Positions 29,759 to 40,325 are shown, counted from the whole stretch's first letter. The stretch is DNA of 63,746 bases, filler included, from an uncultured bacterium (GCA_964471275.1; 8 parts of 8 records of this genome joined end to end with filler, not necessarily neighbours in it), one strand, 5' to 3'. Notes: generated by a model not told the origin, from the sequence alone. Numbers and translations: made by a program.

Positions 29759-30507
29759 GCGTTAGAGGGTTGGTCCTGGTGATCCTTGCCTTGTGCAGCT
29801 GGGAGAAAGCCGGTGCCGGCACGCCGGATTCACTCTACAACGAGGGGAATGCGCTGTATCGGAGAGGTGAATATGACACGGCCATCACCAAGTATGTCAA
29901 GGTCCTCGGGATGGGGATGCGGAACGCTGATGTTCACTACAATCTGGGCAACGCCTACTACAAACGCGGCAGCCTGGGGCTGGCGATGCTGCACTACGAG
30001 CGCGCCCGCAGACTTCGTCCGGCGGATGCCGATATCCTGGCGAACATCGCTTTTGCTGACGCAGTCAAGGTTGATCGATTCGATCTCGAACCACCCAACG
30101 CGGTTACCCGTTTCTTGGCCGCTGTATACCGATCGTTGTCGCCTAATGCGCTATCCGTCTGGGTCACGCTCGCCCTGTTGATCGCGTGCATCGGTGGGGG
30201 AGGCCTGCTGTTCGGGAAGACGCGCCGGGTACAGTGGATCATTCTCATTGCCTTCTGCGTGGTGGGTTTTCTGGCCGGAGGGGCACTGCTGACCTCAAAG
30301 GTTGCGGACTTGAGATCTCCCGAGGGGATCATCTTGCACGCGGTGGCTGTTGGGAGAAGTGGTCCCGGCGATGATTATCTGCAAGTATTCACCCTCCACG
30401 AGGGGACAAAGGTTGTCATTGAGCGCAGGGAAGGGCTATGGGGGCTTGTGCGACTCCCCAACGGCATCGGTGGGTGGATCAAGCTTGATACGATCGGGAT
30501 CATTTGA
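29755..30507 (+). CDS. batE: BatE-type TPR + SH3 protein
   Basis: GNALY..G.Y, HYNLGNAYYK, YERA..L.P, two TMs, FTLHEGTKV..GWI. Confidence 0.85.
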   Translation: MSVRGLVLVILALCSWEKAGAGTPDSLYNEGNALYRRGEYDTAITKYVKVLGMGMRNADVHYNLGNAYYKRGSLGLAMLHYERARRLRPADADILANIAFADAVKVDRFDLEPPNAVTRFLAAVYRSLSPNALSVWVTLALLIACIGGGGLLFGKTRRVQWIILIAFCVVGFLAGGALLTSKVADLRSPEGIILHAVAVGRSGPGDDYLQVFTLHEGTKVVIERREGLWGLVRLPNGIGGWIKLDTIGII

Positions 30508-30592
30508 CCGTTTGCGCTTCCCCTGAATCTGACCGACGTCTATATTCGCGGGTGATCGTTGTTCCCTGCCACACCCTATTCCCTGATACGAT

Positions 30593-31933
30593 ATGAAACC
30601 GAGTGCTTGGTTCCAGTGCTTCCGTGGTTGCGAGGGTCGCTACCCACTGACCCAGATCATTTACGAGTGTCCGGCCTGCGGCGGTTTGCTGGAGGTCCGT
30701 CACGACATGGACGCACTCAAGGAGACGACGTCAGATAACTGGCGGGGTCTTTTCGACAAACGTTACATGCGGACCGATTGGCCCTACGGGAGCTCCGTAT
30801 GGGGAAAGAAGGAACTCGTATGTCCCGAGGTCGAGGATGATAACGTGGTCTCGATGTTTGAAGGGGGATCGAATCTTTTCTGGGCGGACAGGCTGGGGGA
30901 CGAGATCGGGGTAGAGGATCTCTGGATCAAGCAATGCGGGAACAGCCATACAGGTTCATTCAAGGACCTCGGTATGACGGTTCTGGTATCGATGGTCAAG
31001 CAGATGCTGGCAGATGGTCAGACGGTTCCTGCTGTAGCGTGCGCCTCCACCGGTGACACATCCGCGGCCTTGGCGGCCTACGCGGCGGCGGCGGGAATCC
31101 AGTCGGTTGTCTTCCTGCCGAAAGACAAGGTGTCGACGGCGCAGCTTGTTCAGCCGATCGCGAACGGCGCGCTGGTGCTGAGCCTGGAAACCGACTTCGA
31201 TGGTTGTATGCGGCTTGTTCGTGAGATCTGTCAGAAGGAGAATATCTACCTGGCCAACTCGATGAACTCACTGCGAGTCGAGGGGCAAAAGACAGTAGCG
31301 ATCGAGCTGGTTCAGCAGGATGACTGGCAGGTCCCGGACTGGGTGATCATTCCCGGTGGCAACCTGGGCAATTCGAGCGCGCTTGGGAAAGGGTTCCTCG
31401 AAATGAAGGAACTGGGTCTCATCGACAAGCTGCCCCGGATTGCGGTGGCACAGGCTGCGAATGCGAATCCGCTGTATCTGAGCTACCTCGCCAACTTTGG
31501 CAGCTTCGAGCCTGTACAGGCGAGAGAAACGCTCGCCAATGCGATCCAGATTGGTGACCCGGTCAGCCGTGAGAAGTCAATCGCCACGCTGACGCAATTT
31601 GGTGGCATTGTTGAGCAGGTCAGCGAGCAGGAGCTGTCCGAAGCGTGTGCCCAGGCAGATCGAACCGGATTGTTCTGTTGTCCGCACACGGGCGTGGCGT
31701 TCGGTGGGCTGCTCAAGCTCCTCGATCGTGGCGAGGTGAAGAGCACGGACAAGGTGGTCGTGGTTTCGACAGCTCACGGTCTGAAGTTTACAGAGTTCAA
31801 GATCCGGTATCACCAGAATGATCTGTCGAAGTTCGGGGTCAAACCGGAGCGCCCGAACGTGCCTGTCGAGCTACCCGCAGAGTATGACGCGGTCCGAGAC
31901 GCCCTGTTTAGAAAGCTGGAATCCGCGCTCTAG
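30593..31933 (+). CDS. thrC: Threonine synthase
   Basis: [10 protein letters not shown] (PLP Lys), [40 protein letters not shown]. Confidence 0.93.
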   Translation: MKPSAWFQCFRGCEGRYPLTQIIYECPACGGLLEVRHDMDALKETTSDNWRGLFDKRYMRTDWPYGSSVWGKKELVCPEVEDDNVVSMFEGGSNLFWADRLGDEIGVEDLWIKQCGNSHTGSFKDLGMTVLVSMVKQMLADGQTVPAVACASTGDTSAALAAYAAAAGIQSVVFLPKDKVSTAQLVQPIANGALVLSLETDFDGCMRLVREICQKENIYLANSMNSLRVEGQKTVAIELVQQDDWQVPDWVIIPGGNLGNSSALGKGFLEMKELGLIDKLPRIAVAQAANANPLYLSYLANFGSFEPVQARETLANAIQIGDPVSREKSIATLTQFGGIVEQVSEQELSEACAQADRTGLFCCPHTGVAFGGLLKLLDRGEVKSTDKVVVVSTAHGLKFTEFKIRYHQNDLSKFGVKPERPNVPVELPAEYDAVRDALFRKLESAL

Positions 31934-31962
31934 TTGACACATCTGGAACGCACGTATATATT
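31934..31962 (+). promoter_or_regulatory. Sigma70-type promoter
   Basis: TTGACA (31934-31939), 17 nt spacer, TATATT (31957-31962). Confidence 0.8.
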
Positions 31963-31987
31963 CAAAAAATAAGGGGATATTCCCCAA

Positions 31988-32040
31988 AGTGGTGATTTGC
32001 GGCATATTGCAGCCACTCTAAACAATGCGCTAAAAAGCCT
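31988..32040 (+). ncRNA. SAM-II (SAM_alpha-like) riboswitch aptamer
   Basis: AGUGG-UGAUUUG..UUGCAG-CCACU..UAAACAA..CGCUAAAAAG matches the SAM-II pseudoknot consensus; lies upstream of a transsulfuration gene. Confidence 0.85.
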
Positions 32041-32076
32041 TGTTGTCCTTGCGGATTTCTGTTTTCGCTCTTCCGG

Positions 32077-32107
32077 GTCCCGGGTGCTTTTGGCGCCCGG
32101 GATTTCT
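32077..32107 (+). terminator. GC-rich leader hairpin, possible expression platform
   Basis: GTCCCGGGTGC/GCGCCCGGGAT stem followed by a weak T-tract. Confidence 0.45.
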
Positions 32108-32126
32108 GGTTTCAAGCAGGTCATTT

Positions 32127-32325
32127 ATGTCTGACAAAGCAAGGGTGGGAACACGCGCCGTTCACGGTGGTGAGCAGGAGAGGGATGGTGTAAAGGGCCA
32201 CTGGGGGCACTCTCTGACGGTGCCGATCGCGCAAACCTCGACATACGTGTTTGAGGATACCCAGGCCGTCGAGGATTTTGTGGCCGGGAAAAGTGCGCGC
32301 CTGGACTACGGCCGATACGGCAATC
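32127..32325 (+). CDS. Cys/Met metabolism PLP enzyme (cystathionine gamma-synthase-like), 3'-truncated
   Basis: TRAVHGGE..LTVPIAQTSTYVF..YGRYGN. Confidence 0.85.
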
Positions 32326-32425
32326 NNNNNNNNNNNNNNNNNNNNNNNNNNNNNNNNNNNNNNNNNNNNTTAATTAATTAANNNNNNNNNNNNNNNNNNN
32401 NNNNNNNNNNNNNNNNNNNNNNNNN
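32326..32425. other. Artificial contig linker
   Basis: N-run/TTAATTAATTAA/N-run. Confidence 0.99.
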
Positions 32426-33364
32426 GGTATCGCTCTGATCGCCGGTGGGGCGGCCTATTTCGCGTTGAACAGGCGCTATTGTGAAGGCGGGCTCTTCCTT
32501 GGCGGGTCGCTGCTCCTGGCGTTGCCGTGGCAGATCAGGACCTCCCTGCTCGGGGGTGAGAGCTACGCGCAAACCTGGCTGTTCCGAGTCAACCCTTACC
32601 GGGCAGACGATGGAGAGATCGGGTGGTTTGGTCTCGTCCTACGTGTCTTGGAAAACGCACAGGTCTACATGCTCGGGGAGTTGCCTCGTGCCCTCTTCCC
32701 TTCTTGGATAGGGGAGGGGATCCCGATCGTGGTGAGTCTCGCGATATCGGCGCTCCTGGTCTACTACATCGCCACGCAGATTCACCGTAGGCAGCTCACA
32801 GGCCTGTATCTTCTGCTGTATCTCGGAGCTTGTTTCCTGTGGCCAACTGTCTGGGCGGATGTGCGACTGCTAACACCCGTACTGCCACTCGTGTTCCTGG
32901 GGATCATCTCGGCAGCCGGCAACCTGCTCTCCCGATTCCTGAGTCCTCGCGCGACCGGGTTCGGATTGGGTGTAATCGCTTTGGCAATCGCTGTACCCAA
33001 CATTCAGGCTGTTGCGATTCTGACCAACCAGGAACACCGATACCCGCCCGAGTGGTCAACCTACTTCGAGGCAGCCCGATGGATTGAGCAGAACACGCCC
33101 GAGGATGCCATCGTCGCGTGTCGCAAGGCCTACCTGATGTCAGTGATATCCAAGCGACAGACGACATCATACACGTTCACGGAAGACTTTGATACGGTGC
33201 TGGCAGACCTCCAGCAAGGGCGAGCAACCCACATTGTGCTCGATCAGCTTCAGTTCAGCTCCACATCGAGGTATCTCATCCCGACGATCGAAAGACACCG
33301 GGACCAATTCTCCTACGTGCACCACATACCTGATCCGGACACCTTCATCCTGCGGGTCGAGTAG
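32426..33364 (+). CDS. Multi-TM GT-C-like membrane glycosyltransferase, 5'-truncated
   Basis: Hydrophobic segments, RLLTPVLPL, WIEQNTPEDAIV; lies in a glycosylation cluster. Confidence 0.6.
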   Translation, partial: GIALIAGGAAYFALNRRYCEGGLFLGGSLLLALPWQIRTSLLGGESYAQTWLFRVNPYRADDGEIGWFGLVLRVLENAQVYMLGELPRALFPSWIGEGIPIVVSLAISALLVYYIATQIHRRQLTGLYLLLYLGACFLWPTVWADVRLLTPVLPLVFLGIISAAGNLLSRFLSPRATGFGLGVIALAIAVPNIQAVAILTNQEHRYPPEWSTYFEAARWIEQNTPEDAIVACRKAYLMSVISKRQTTSYTFTEDFDTVLADLQQGRATHIVLDQLQFSSTSRYLIPTIERHRDQFSYVHHIPDPDTFILRVE

Positions 33365-33367
33365 CGT

Positions 33368-34800
33368 ATGCCCCATCGGAAGCTCAGCATCCTGATCCCG
33401 GCCTACAACGAGCGCTATACGATCAGGACCGTCGTCGATCGTGTCCTGGCCATCCCGCTTCCCGACGGTCTCGAGCGGGAAATCGTCATCGTGGATGATG
33501 GCTCCTCTGACGGCACGCGGGCGATCCTCTCAGAGATATCGGATCACCACCACGCGTCCGTCCGAGTCCATTTCCATCCGGAGAACAAGGGCAAGGGAGC
33601 TGCCGTCTCGACCGCGATCAGGATGGCCGATGGTGATCTCTCGATCATTCAGGATGCAGATCTCGAATACGATCCCGCTGACTACAGCCGGCTCCTCCGA
33701 CCGATTCTGGACGGCGAGGCTGATGTCGTGTATGGCTCACGCTTCGCCTCAAGCGAATACCGTCGTGTCCTCCTGTTCTGGCACTCCCTCGGCAACCGCT
33801 TCCTTACGCTGATGTCGAACGCATTCACCGATCTGAACCTGACGGATATGGAAACGTGCTATAAGGTCGTCAAAACGGATCTGCTGAAATCGATCCCGAT
33901 TCGGAGCAAGCGGTTTGGAATCGAGCNNNNNNNNNNGCCAAACTCGCAAAGCGTGGAAGCCGAATCTACGAGGTGCCGATCTCCTACCGGGGACGCAGCT
34001 ACCAGGATGGAAAGAAGATCACATGGGTGGACGGGGTTAAAGCCTTGGTCACAATCCTCTACTTCTGGGTGGTCGATGACATCTATGAGGAGAAATACGG
34101 TCACGCAATCCTGCACTCATTATCCCGGACACACCGATTCAACCGGTGGATGACGGATAGAATCTCTCCCTGGTTCGGTAACCGGATACTTGAAATCGGA
34201 AGTGGCTTGGGCAACCTGACGCTCCGGGCGATTCCACGGGATCGGTATATCGCGACCGATATCGACCCGATGCATCTGACTTATCTTCAAAGCCGGTTTC
34301 GGGATTATCCCTACCTGGATGTGAGGGAAGTGGACGTCCAGAATACCAGCCATTTTTCGGACCTCCAAGGCAAGTTCGACACGGTGATATGCCTGAATGT
34401 GCTCGAGCACGTGCCGGATGCAGAAACCAGCCTGCGGAACATCTATTCCGCGCTGGAGCCCGGAGGTCGGGCGATCATCCTTGTTCCGCAGGGCCAGTGG
34501 CTTTATGGCAGTCTCGATCGTGTGCTGGACCATCAGATCCGTTACTCAAAGAAGCTTCTGCGCCAGCGATCGGAGGACGCGGGCTTCTCGGTAGAGCGCA
34601 TCCTCTCCTTCAATCGCATCGGCGTTCTGCCGTGGCTTGTCAGTGGAAAACTGATCAGACGAACAACCTTTGGGCGTCTTCAGTTGAAGGTTTTCGATAG
34701 TCTCGTCTGGTTCTGGAGAGTCCTCGATCGTGTGCTCCCCCTTCCCGGTCTTTCGATTATCGCCATCCTGGAACGTCCGGGAGGGATCGAAGACACCTAA
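33368..34800 (+). CDS. Bifunctional GT2 glycosyltransferase / class I SAM-dependent methyltransferase (interrupted by a 10-N gap)
   Basis: LIPAYNE, VDDGSSDGT, QDADLEYDP, TDMETCYK, FGIE[gap]AKLAK..IYEVPISY; then LEIGSGLG and CLNVLEH. The frame change coincides with N 33927-33936. Confidence 0.85.
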
Positions 34801-34867
34801 CGGCTTGAGTAGCATCACGTTATTTGATACCTTCAGACCCTGAAGCTGACGACATACTCATCAACGA

Positions 34868-35824
34868 GTGACAAAGACTGAATCTATGCCGGATACACTG
34901 AATCTATCGATCGTCATCCCGCTGTTGAACGAGGAAGAAAGTCTGCGTCCCCTCTTTCAGAGAATCGAAGAGGCGGTCAATCCACTGGGTTTGTCTTACG
35001 AGGTGATCTTCATCGATGACGGGAGCTCAGACGGATCGATGGATGTCCTGCGAGAACTGCACGGTAGGAGTCAGGTCGTCAGGATTGTTCAGTTCCGGAG
35101 GAATTTCGGCAAGGCAGCGGCCTACTCGGCGGCCTTCAGCCGTGTTCGGGGCAAGTATGTCGTCACGATGGATGCTGATCTGCAGGATGACCCCGCAGAG
35201 ATTCCTAATCTGATCGAAAAACTGGAAGAGGGATACGACCTCGTCTCTGGCTGGAAGGAGAAGCGACACGATCCGCTGGGCAAAACCATCCCCTCAAGGT
35301 TTTTCAACTGGGTCACCGGACGAGTCTCTGGGATCGACATCCACGACTTCAACTGCGGCCTGAAGGCATATCGGCGCGAGGTCACTCAGGACGTCAAGAT
35401 CTACGGGGAATTGCATCGATACATCCCTGTGCTCGCAGGCCTGGAAGGGTACAGCGTTTCGGAGGTTTCGGTCACGCATCACGCCCGCCAGTTTGGCACG
35501 ACCAAATACGGTTGGAGCAGACTCTTCAAGGGCTTTCTCGATCTGCTGACCGTGATGTATCTGGGTCGGTATATGGGACGACCGCTGCATCTCTTTGGCG
35601 TAATGGGTGTCTTCCTAACGGGCATTGGGATGCTGATCAACCTCTACATTGCTTCCCTTTGGCTTCAGGCAGGCACCATCCAGCATCGCTACCCGTTGCT
35701 GTCACTGGGAACACTCCTCACAGTTCTCGGTTTTCAGGTCGTTTGCACCGGACTGATTGGAGATATGATTGCTCGTGCCTCAAGCCCGGAAGAGAAATAC
35801 AACATTCAGGAGATCTACGAGTAA
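34868..35824 (+). CDS. GT2 polyprenyl-phosphate glycosyltransferase (ArnC/GtrB-like)
   Basis: VIPLLNEE, IDDGSSDGS, RNFGKAAA, MDADLQDDP, YGELHRYIP; two C-terminal TMs. Confidence 0.9.
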   Translation: MTKTESMPDTLNLSIVIPLLNEEESLRPLFQRIEEAVNPLGLSYEVIFIDDGSSDGSMDVLRELHGRSQVVRIVQFRRNFGKAAAYSAAFSRVRGKYVVTMDADLQDDPAEIPNLIEKLEEGYDLVSGWKEKRHDPLGKTIPSRFFNWVTGRVSGIDIHDFNCGLKAYRREVTQDVKIYGELHRYIPVLAGLEGYSVSEVSVTHHARQFGTTKYGWSRLFKGFLDLLTVMYLGRYMGRPLHLFGVMGVFLTGIGMLINLYIASLWLQAGTIQHRYPLLSLGTLLTVLGFQVVCTGLIGDMIARASSPEEKYNIQEIYE

Positions 35825-35827
35825 CCA

Positions 35828-36946
35828 ATGGCAACGGCCGCAACCAGCACGAACCTACCGTTCATCGATCTAGTTGCACAATACGAAACCATAAAGCCCG
35901 AGATTGACCAGGCGATTCAGAGCGTCATCGGGCAGGCCGCGTTCGTTGGTGGATCTTTCGTCTCCGGATTCGAGCGCTCGTTTGCTGACTTTCAGGGCGT
36001 CGCTCACGGTATTGGTGTCAGCTCTGGCACGACGGCGCTTCACGTTCTGCTCGAAGCGCTCGACATCGGTCAGGGCGATGAGATCATTACGGTAACGAAC
36101 ACGTTTATTGCTACAGCCGAGGCCATCATTCAAACGGGTGCAAAGCCGGTTTTCGTCGATATTGATGACACGACACTCAGCATGAACCCGGCTCTTCTGA
36201 AGGACGCGATTACCTCGCGAACGCGAGCCATCATGCCGGTCCATCTGTACGGGCTTATCGCTGACATGGACCCGATTCTCGAGATCGCACAGAGGCACAA
36301 GCTACTCGTCATCGAAGATGCGGCACAGGCACACGGCGCCGAGTACAGAGAAAAACGGGCCGGCCAGTTTGGAATTGGTGCGACCTTCAGTTTCTACCCC
36401 GGGAAGATTCTGGGTGCCTTTGGAGATGCGGGAGGCGTTCTCACACAGGATGAGGGCTTGGCGAACAGGGTCCGAAGCCTGGCCGACCACGGTCGGACCG
36501 ACCACTACTTGCACGCGCAATCAGGCTACAACTACAGAATGGCTGGAATTCAGGCGGCGGTGCTGGACGTGAAACTCAGGTATTTGGAGGAATGGATCGG
36601 GGAAAGAAGGAGAAAAGCGCGGTTGTATTCGAGTCTCCTCTCGGAGACCGTCGCGTCAACCCCCGTCGAGGCTGACGGGTGCAGGCACGTTCACACCTAC
36701 TATGTCATCAGGACACCGATTCGTCAGACAATCCAGGACAAGCTGGGTGCGGAAGGCATCCCCACCATTGTACACTACCCGACGCCGTTGCATCAGCAGC
36801 CAGCATTTGGTGACCTCGGATACGGCACAGGTCAGTTTCCGGTCGCCGAATCGGCTTCCGAACAGATCCTGTCGTTACCCCTATACGCCGAGCTGGCAGA
36901 TCAGGACATTGAGCGAATCTGCGAACTGATCAACGATCTGGCTTAG
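35828..36946 (+). CDS. DegT/DnrJ/EryC1/StrS sugar aminotransferase
   Basis: PFIDL, SGTTAL, PVHLYG, EDAAQAHGA, SFYPGK.LGAFGDAG. Confidence 0.93.
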   Translation: MATAATSTNLPFIDLVAQYETIKPEIDQAIQSVIGQAAFVGGSFVSGFERSFADFQGVAHGIGVSSGTTALHVLLEALDIGQGDEIITVTNTFIATAEAIIQTGAKPVFVDIDDTTLSMNPALLKDAITSRTRAIMPVHLYGLIADMDPILEIAQRHKLLVIEDAAQAHGAEYREKRAGQFGIGATFSFYPGKILGAFGDAGGVLTQDEGLANRVRSLADHGRTDHYLHAQSGYNYRMAGIQAAVLDVKLRYLEEWIGERRRKARLYSSLLSETVASTPVEADGCRHVHTYYVIRTPIRQTIQDKLGAEGIPTIVHYPTPLHQQPAFGDLGYGTGQFPVAESASEQILSLPLYAELADQDIERICELINDLA

Positions 36947-36960
36947 ACCTGGCAGACGGG

Positions 36961-37128
36961 CTACGCCTGAACGGGGACCAGCTCTGGAGTTGCTTCTGCA
37001 ACCTGACCTTCGAGGCGGCGCACGACGCGGCGAATCATCTCAGAGCGTTCGTCGTTGCCGATAATTGCGTAGTAGAGTGCCAGATAGGCCAGTTCGTTTC
37101 GTCTCTTCATATCGACTTGGGCAACCAT
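36961..37128 (-). CDS. Small orphan protein (55 aa)
   Basis: MVAQVDMKRRNELAYLALYYAIIGNDERSEMIRRVVRRLEGQVAEATPELVPVQA; SD AAGAGGA; sigma54 promoter upstream. Confidence 0.65.
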   Translation of the reverse strand: MVAQVDMKRRNELAYLALYYAIIGNDERSEMIRRVVRRLEGQVAEATPELVPVQA

Positions 37129-37178
37129 TGTCTTATCCTCTTGGTTTGACTGTGGTTTGATTGGTCGCACTGACAGCT

Positions 37179-37194
37179 TGCAATCTCCGTGCCA
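37179..37194 (-). promoter_or_regulatory. Sigma54 (-24/-12) promoter
   Basis: Minus strand TGGCAC-GGAGA-TTGCA, exact consensus. Confidence 0.8.
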
Positions 37195-37234
37195 GACTGC
37201 GCCATTTCAAATCTTTGCCCGACTAGGTCTTATG

Positions 37235-37247
37235 AATCAACACTTTA
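37235..37247 (+). promoter_or_regulatory. IHF-binding consensus site
   Basis: AATCAA-CACT-TTA fits WATCAAN4TTR, about 40 bp upstream of the -24 element. Confidence 0.6.
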
Positions 37248-37443
37248 CAGTAGTTAGCGTTCACCCCGATAGAACGCCCAACCTCTTCGATAATGGAATA
37301 ATCCGTCGCAAAACACCAACACGGCAGCGATTCTTCAGCAAATTGTGCCGTAATGACGGGTGGACGGCCCCTGTTCTATTGATCGGCAGTTTCTGAGATC
37401 TCCCCAGTTAATTTCGGCCGATGAATGCACGTTGTGGACTCGC

Positions 37444-38049
37444 ATGAATTTCCGCACTGCTACACTCCTGGTATTGGGTATGTTCGGTTCTTTCGCGATC
37501 GTGATCGGCGCGATGGTACTTCTCTTCTGGTCTCCTTCCAGTAAGCGGGCAGAGGGTCGACAGGACAGCATCGAGCGACGGGCACCCGGACCAGAGCGGC
37601 CCGAATCGGACACAACCAGCCTGACCGATCCCGCTCCAGGAGTGGAGATATCGGCCCGCTCGAATATCTCGACAAAGGAGGAGGAATCTCTACAGAGACC
37701 ACCGGCAGCCACGCCGGAGCCCTCGGAGAACCCACCTGCAAGGCGGAGAGTGAAGTCACCCGGTCGGGTGACGCAGCGGAATCTCAAGCTCGAGCAGGAG
37801 GAAATGAAACTGCTCAGAGTGGAGATGCAGAGAAGACTGGAGGCGCGTGTTCAGGCACGACTACAGAAACTGGCGCAATTGGCCAAGCAGTGTGGAAACC
37901 TTGAAGCAGGCGAGGTAGTCCAGATACTCGTAGTCTTGGATGATTCTGACCTTGGCGAGGTCATGAAACGCATGGAAAGAGCGAAGGCTATTCAGGTTGC
38001 CGCCCTGCTTACGCGGCTTGGCCGGGGTAACGCCATCTCGCTCAAGTAA
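37444..38049 (+). CDS. Membrane-anchored MotE/MgtE-N-like helical protein
   Basis: N-terminal TM, disordered linker, coiled coil, LAQLAK..LEAGEVVQIL..LDD..L..VM..ME..KA..VA. Confidence 0.55.
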   Translation: MNFRTATLLVLGMFGSFAIVIGAMVLLFWSPSSKRAEGRQDSIERRAPGPERPESDTTSLTDPAPGVEISARSNISTKEEESLQRPPAATPEPSENPPARRRVKSPGRVTQRNLKLEQEEMKLLRVEMQRRLEARVQARLQKLAQLAKQCGNLEAGEVVQILVVLDDSDLGEVMKRMERAKAIQVAALLTRLGRGNAISLK

Positions 38050-38078
38050 CCCTCAAGAACCGGAAGCAGGGAGTTTGC

Positions 38079-39368
38079 ATGATCGATATCAACCTCATTC
38101 GACAGGATCCGACGGCAGTTCGGGACGCGCTGCTCAAGCGGATGGACGACCTCAGCTTTGATGAATTGCTCGCCTGGGACAGGCAGCGAAGGGAAATGAT
38201 CCCGGAGATCGACGGCCTGAGAGAGACGCGAAACAAAGTGTCTGCACAGATTCCCGTGATGAAGAAGGAAGGCAAGGATACGACCGAGGTGCAGCAGGAG
38301 ATGAGGGACGTGTCTTCTCGCATCAAGGAGCTCGAATCTACATTGACCGGTGTAGAGGGATCAATTCACACGTTCCTCGAAGGCTTGCCCAATATTCCCT
38401 CTGATGACGTCCCACCGGGCGACAAGGAGAACAATGAAGTCATCCGAACCTCCGGTGAGAAGCCTGATCTCAGCGGCTTTGAACCGAAAGACCACGTCGA
38501 CCTCGCCACAAGCCTGGGTTTGATCGACTACGAGCGTGGCGTCAAAATGGGCGGTAATGGATTCGTGCTTTATCGGGGCGATGGTGCTCGTCTCGAATGG
38601 GCGCTTCTGAACTACTTCGTGGACGAGCATATCCAGGACGGTTACGAGATGGTGCTCCCACCCCACCTCCTGATCGAGGAGTGTGGGTATGCTGCTGGCC
38701 AGTTCCCAAAATTCCGGGACGACGTGTTCCACATTCAGGGCGACGAGGTAGGAGAGTCGAAGCACTTCCTTCTACCAACCTCAGAAACCGCCTTGATCAA
38801 CTTTCACCGAGGCGAGGTGCTGCCGGAGTCGGAACTGCCGAAGAAATACTTCGCTTACACGCCGTGCTACAGAAAAGAGGCCGGTAGCTACCGTGCCAAC
38901 GAACGGGGAATGATTCGTTCACATCAGTTCAACAAGATCGAGATCTTCCAGTTCACACGTCCAGAGGACTCCGATACCGCTCTGGAGGAGCTCATCGAGA
39001 AGGCAGAACGTCTGGTCAAGGGGTTGGGTCTGCACTACCAGGTCTCGAAACTGGCTGCGAAGGATTGCAGCGCATCGATGGCCAAGACCTACGACATCGA
39101 AGTGTGGATCCCGAGTATGGCCGAGTACAAAGAGGTCAGCTCTGCCTCCAACGCCCACAGCTACCAGGCAAGACGCGGTAACATCAGGTATAAGCAAGAG
39201 GAGACGAAGAAGAACGACTTTATCCATTCTCTCAACGCATCCGGATTGGCAACAAGCCGCCTGTTGCCAGCCATCGTCGAGCAGTTCCAGCGTGCTGACG
39301 GCAGTGTCGCCGTTCCTGAAGTCCTTCAGAATCGGCTTGGCAAGTCCGTACTGGAACCTGCTGAATAA
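38079..39368 (+). CDS. serS: Serine--tRNA ligase
   Basis: MIDINLIR, LPNIP, GQFPKF, LLPTSET, CYRKEAG, HQFNKIE, KTYDIEVW, EVSSASN, LNASGLATSR. Confidence 0.97.
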   Translation: MIDINLIRQDPTAVRDALLKRMDDLSFDELLAWDRQRREMIPEIDGLRETRNKVSAQIPVMKKEGKDTTEVQQEMRDVSSRIKELESTLTGVEGSIHTFLEGLPNIPSDDVPPGDKENNEVIRTSGEKPDLSGFEPKDHVDLATSLGLIDYERGVKMGGNGFVLYRGDGARLEWALLNYFVDEHIQDGYEMVLPPHLLIEECGYAAGQFPKFRDDVFHIQGDEVGESKHFLLPTSETALINFHRGEVLPESELPKKYFAYTPCYRKEAGSYRANERGMIRSHQFNKIEIFQFTRPEDSDTALEELIEKAERLVKGLGLHYQVSKLAAKDCSASMAKTYDIEVWIPSMAEYKEVSSASNAHSYQARRGNIRYKQEETKKNDFIHSLNASGLATSRLLPAIVEQFQRADGSVAVPEVLQNRLGKSVLEPAE

Positions 39369-39410
39369 CCGACTACACGGTCACGAATGAAGCCTTGAGA
39401 GGATACGCCA

Positions 39411-39689
39411 GTGGACGATGATCAGGAGGGCTCCCGAACACAATTGGCAGCAGCGCTGAGGTATCGTCCGCCTGACGACAGGTCTCCGAAGCTTGTCGCC
39501 AAAGGCAGCGGAGAGCTTGCAGAGAGGATCATCGAACTCGCCCGAGAGCACAACATACCGATCCGCGAGGACCCTGACATGATCGCGGTGTTGTCCCAGC
39601 TTGATCTTGAGAAAGAGATACCATCAGAACTCTACAAACCAATCGCTGAAATCCTCTCCTTTGTCTACCGCATCAACGAGAGGGCCTAG
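39411..39689 (+). CDS. Stand-alone FlhB/EscU cytoplasmic-domain protein
   Basis: AAALRY..SPKLVAKG.GELAERIIELAREHNIPIRED..IPSELY..IAEILSFVY. Confidence 0.88.
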   Translation: MDDDQEGSRTQLAAALRYRPPDDRSPKLVAKGSGELAERIIELAREHNIPIREDPDMIAVLSQLDLEKEIPSELYKPIAEILSFVYRINERA

Positions 39690-39712
39690 GGCGAGGACGA
39701 TCCGCCCTAGGT

Positions 39713-40325
39713 TGTACTGTTTCAGAATAGTGTTAACAGGTTAGGACCTTGTTCCAGGAAAAATGAGGGCCACCTAAGATCCTACGGAAGAGTTGTTTGC
39801 CCGCAACTTGCCCTGGAGGAACATCGACCCTTGAGGACAGGGCACAGTCATTTCGTCTTCACGCGCTACAACGTGCTCATCAACTTGGTAATGTGTCTGC
39901 TGCCTGCCGAGAGTTGGGTATCTCTCGGACCGTGTTCTATAGGTGGCGATCTCAGTTCGCGGGGCTACGGTGTCGATGGCCTTCATCCGAAGCGACGATC
40001 TGTCCGCCTGGGACACCCTCATACGCTTAGTGTGCAGGACGAGCAGGCGATTCTGGCACTGGCGGTTGGACCTATCCGCCGCGTGGGGCTTGGCACCCGG
40101 ATCGAGCGCTTGTCGTTACTTGAGCGGCATAGTGCTCAACGCGCCGGACTTCTGACAGAGCGAACACGCTGGGAGCTCAGAAAACGGCTTGCTTCCTCCG
40201 TGATCTCGCCCGCTCCTTCACCGAAGCAGGATGGCCAATCAAACGTGTGCTCACCGACCGAGGCAGCGAGTTCAAGGCTGACTTCAATCTGGCCTGCGAG
40301 GACCTTGAAATTACACATACACGCA
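39713..40325 (+). mobile_element. Degraded IS481-family element
   Basis: TGT terminus; GNVSAACRELGISRTVFYRWR HTH, then a frameshift into GYGVDGLHP; integrase remnant VLTDRGSEF near the gap; start codon lost. Confidence 0.75.

Noticed and set aside
24372..30507. Bat locus as a novelty
   Set aside because: Standard batA-E arrangement widespread in FCB-group and other bacteria.
33927..33936. Apparent frameshift splitting the GT2-methyltransferase gene
   Set aside because: Coincides with a 10-N gap; 11 missing bases would restore the usual FGIEPE.TAK motif.
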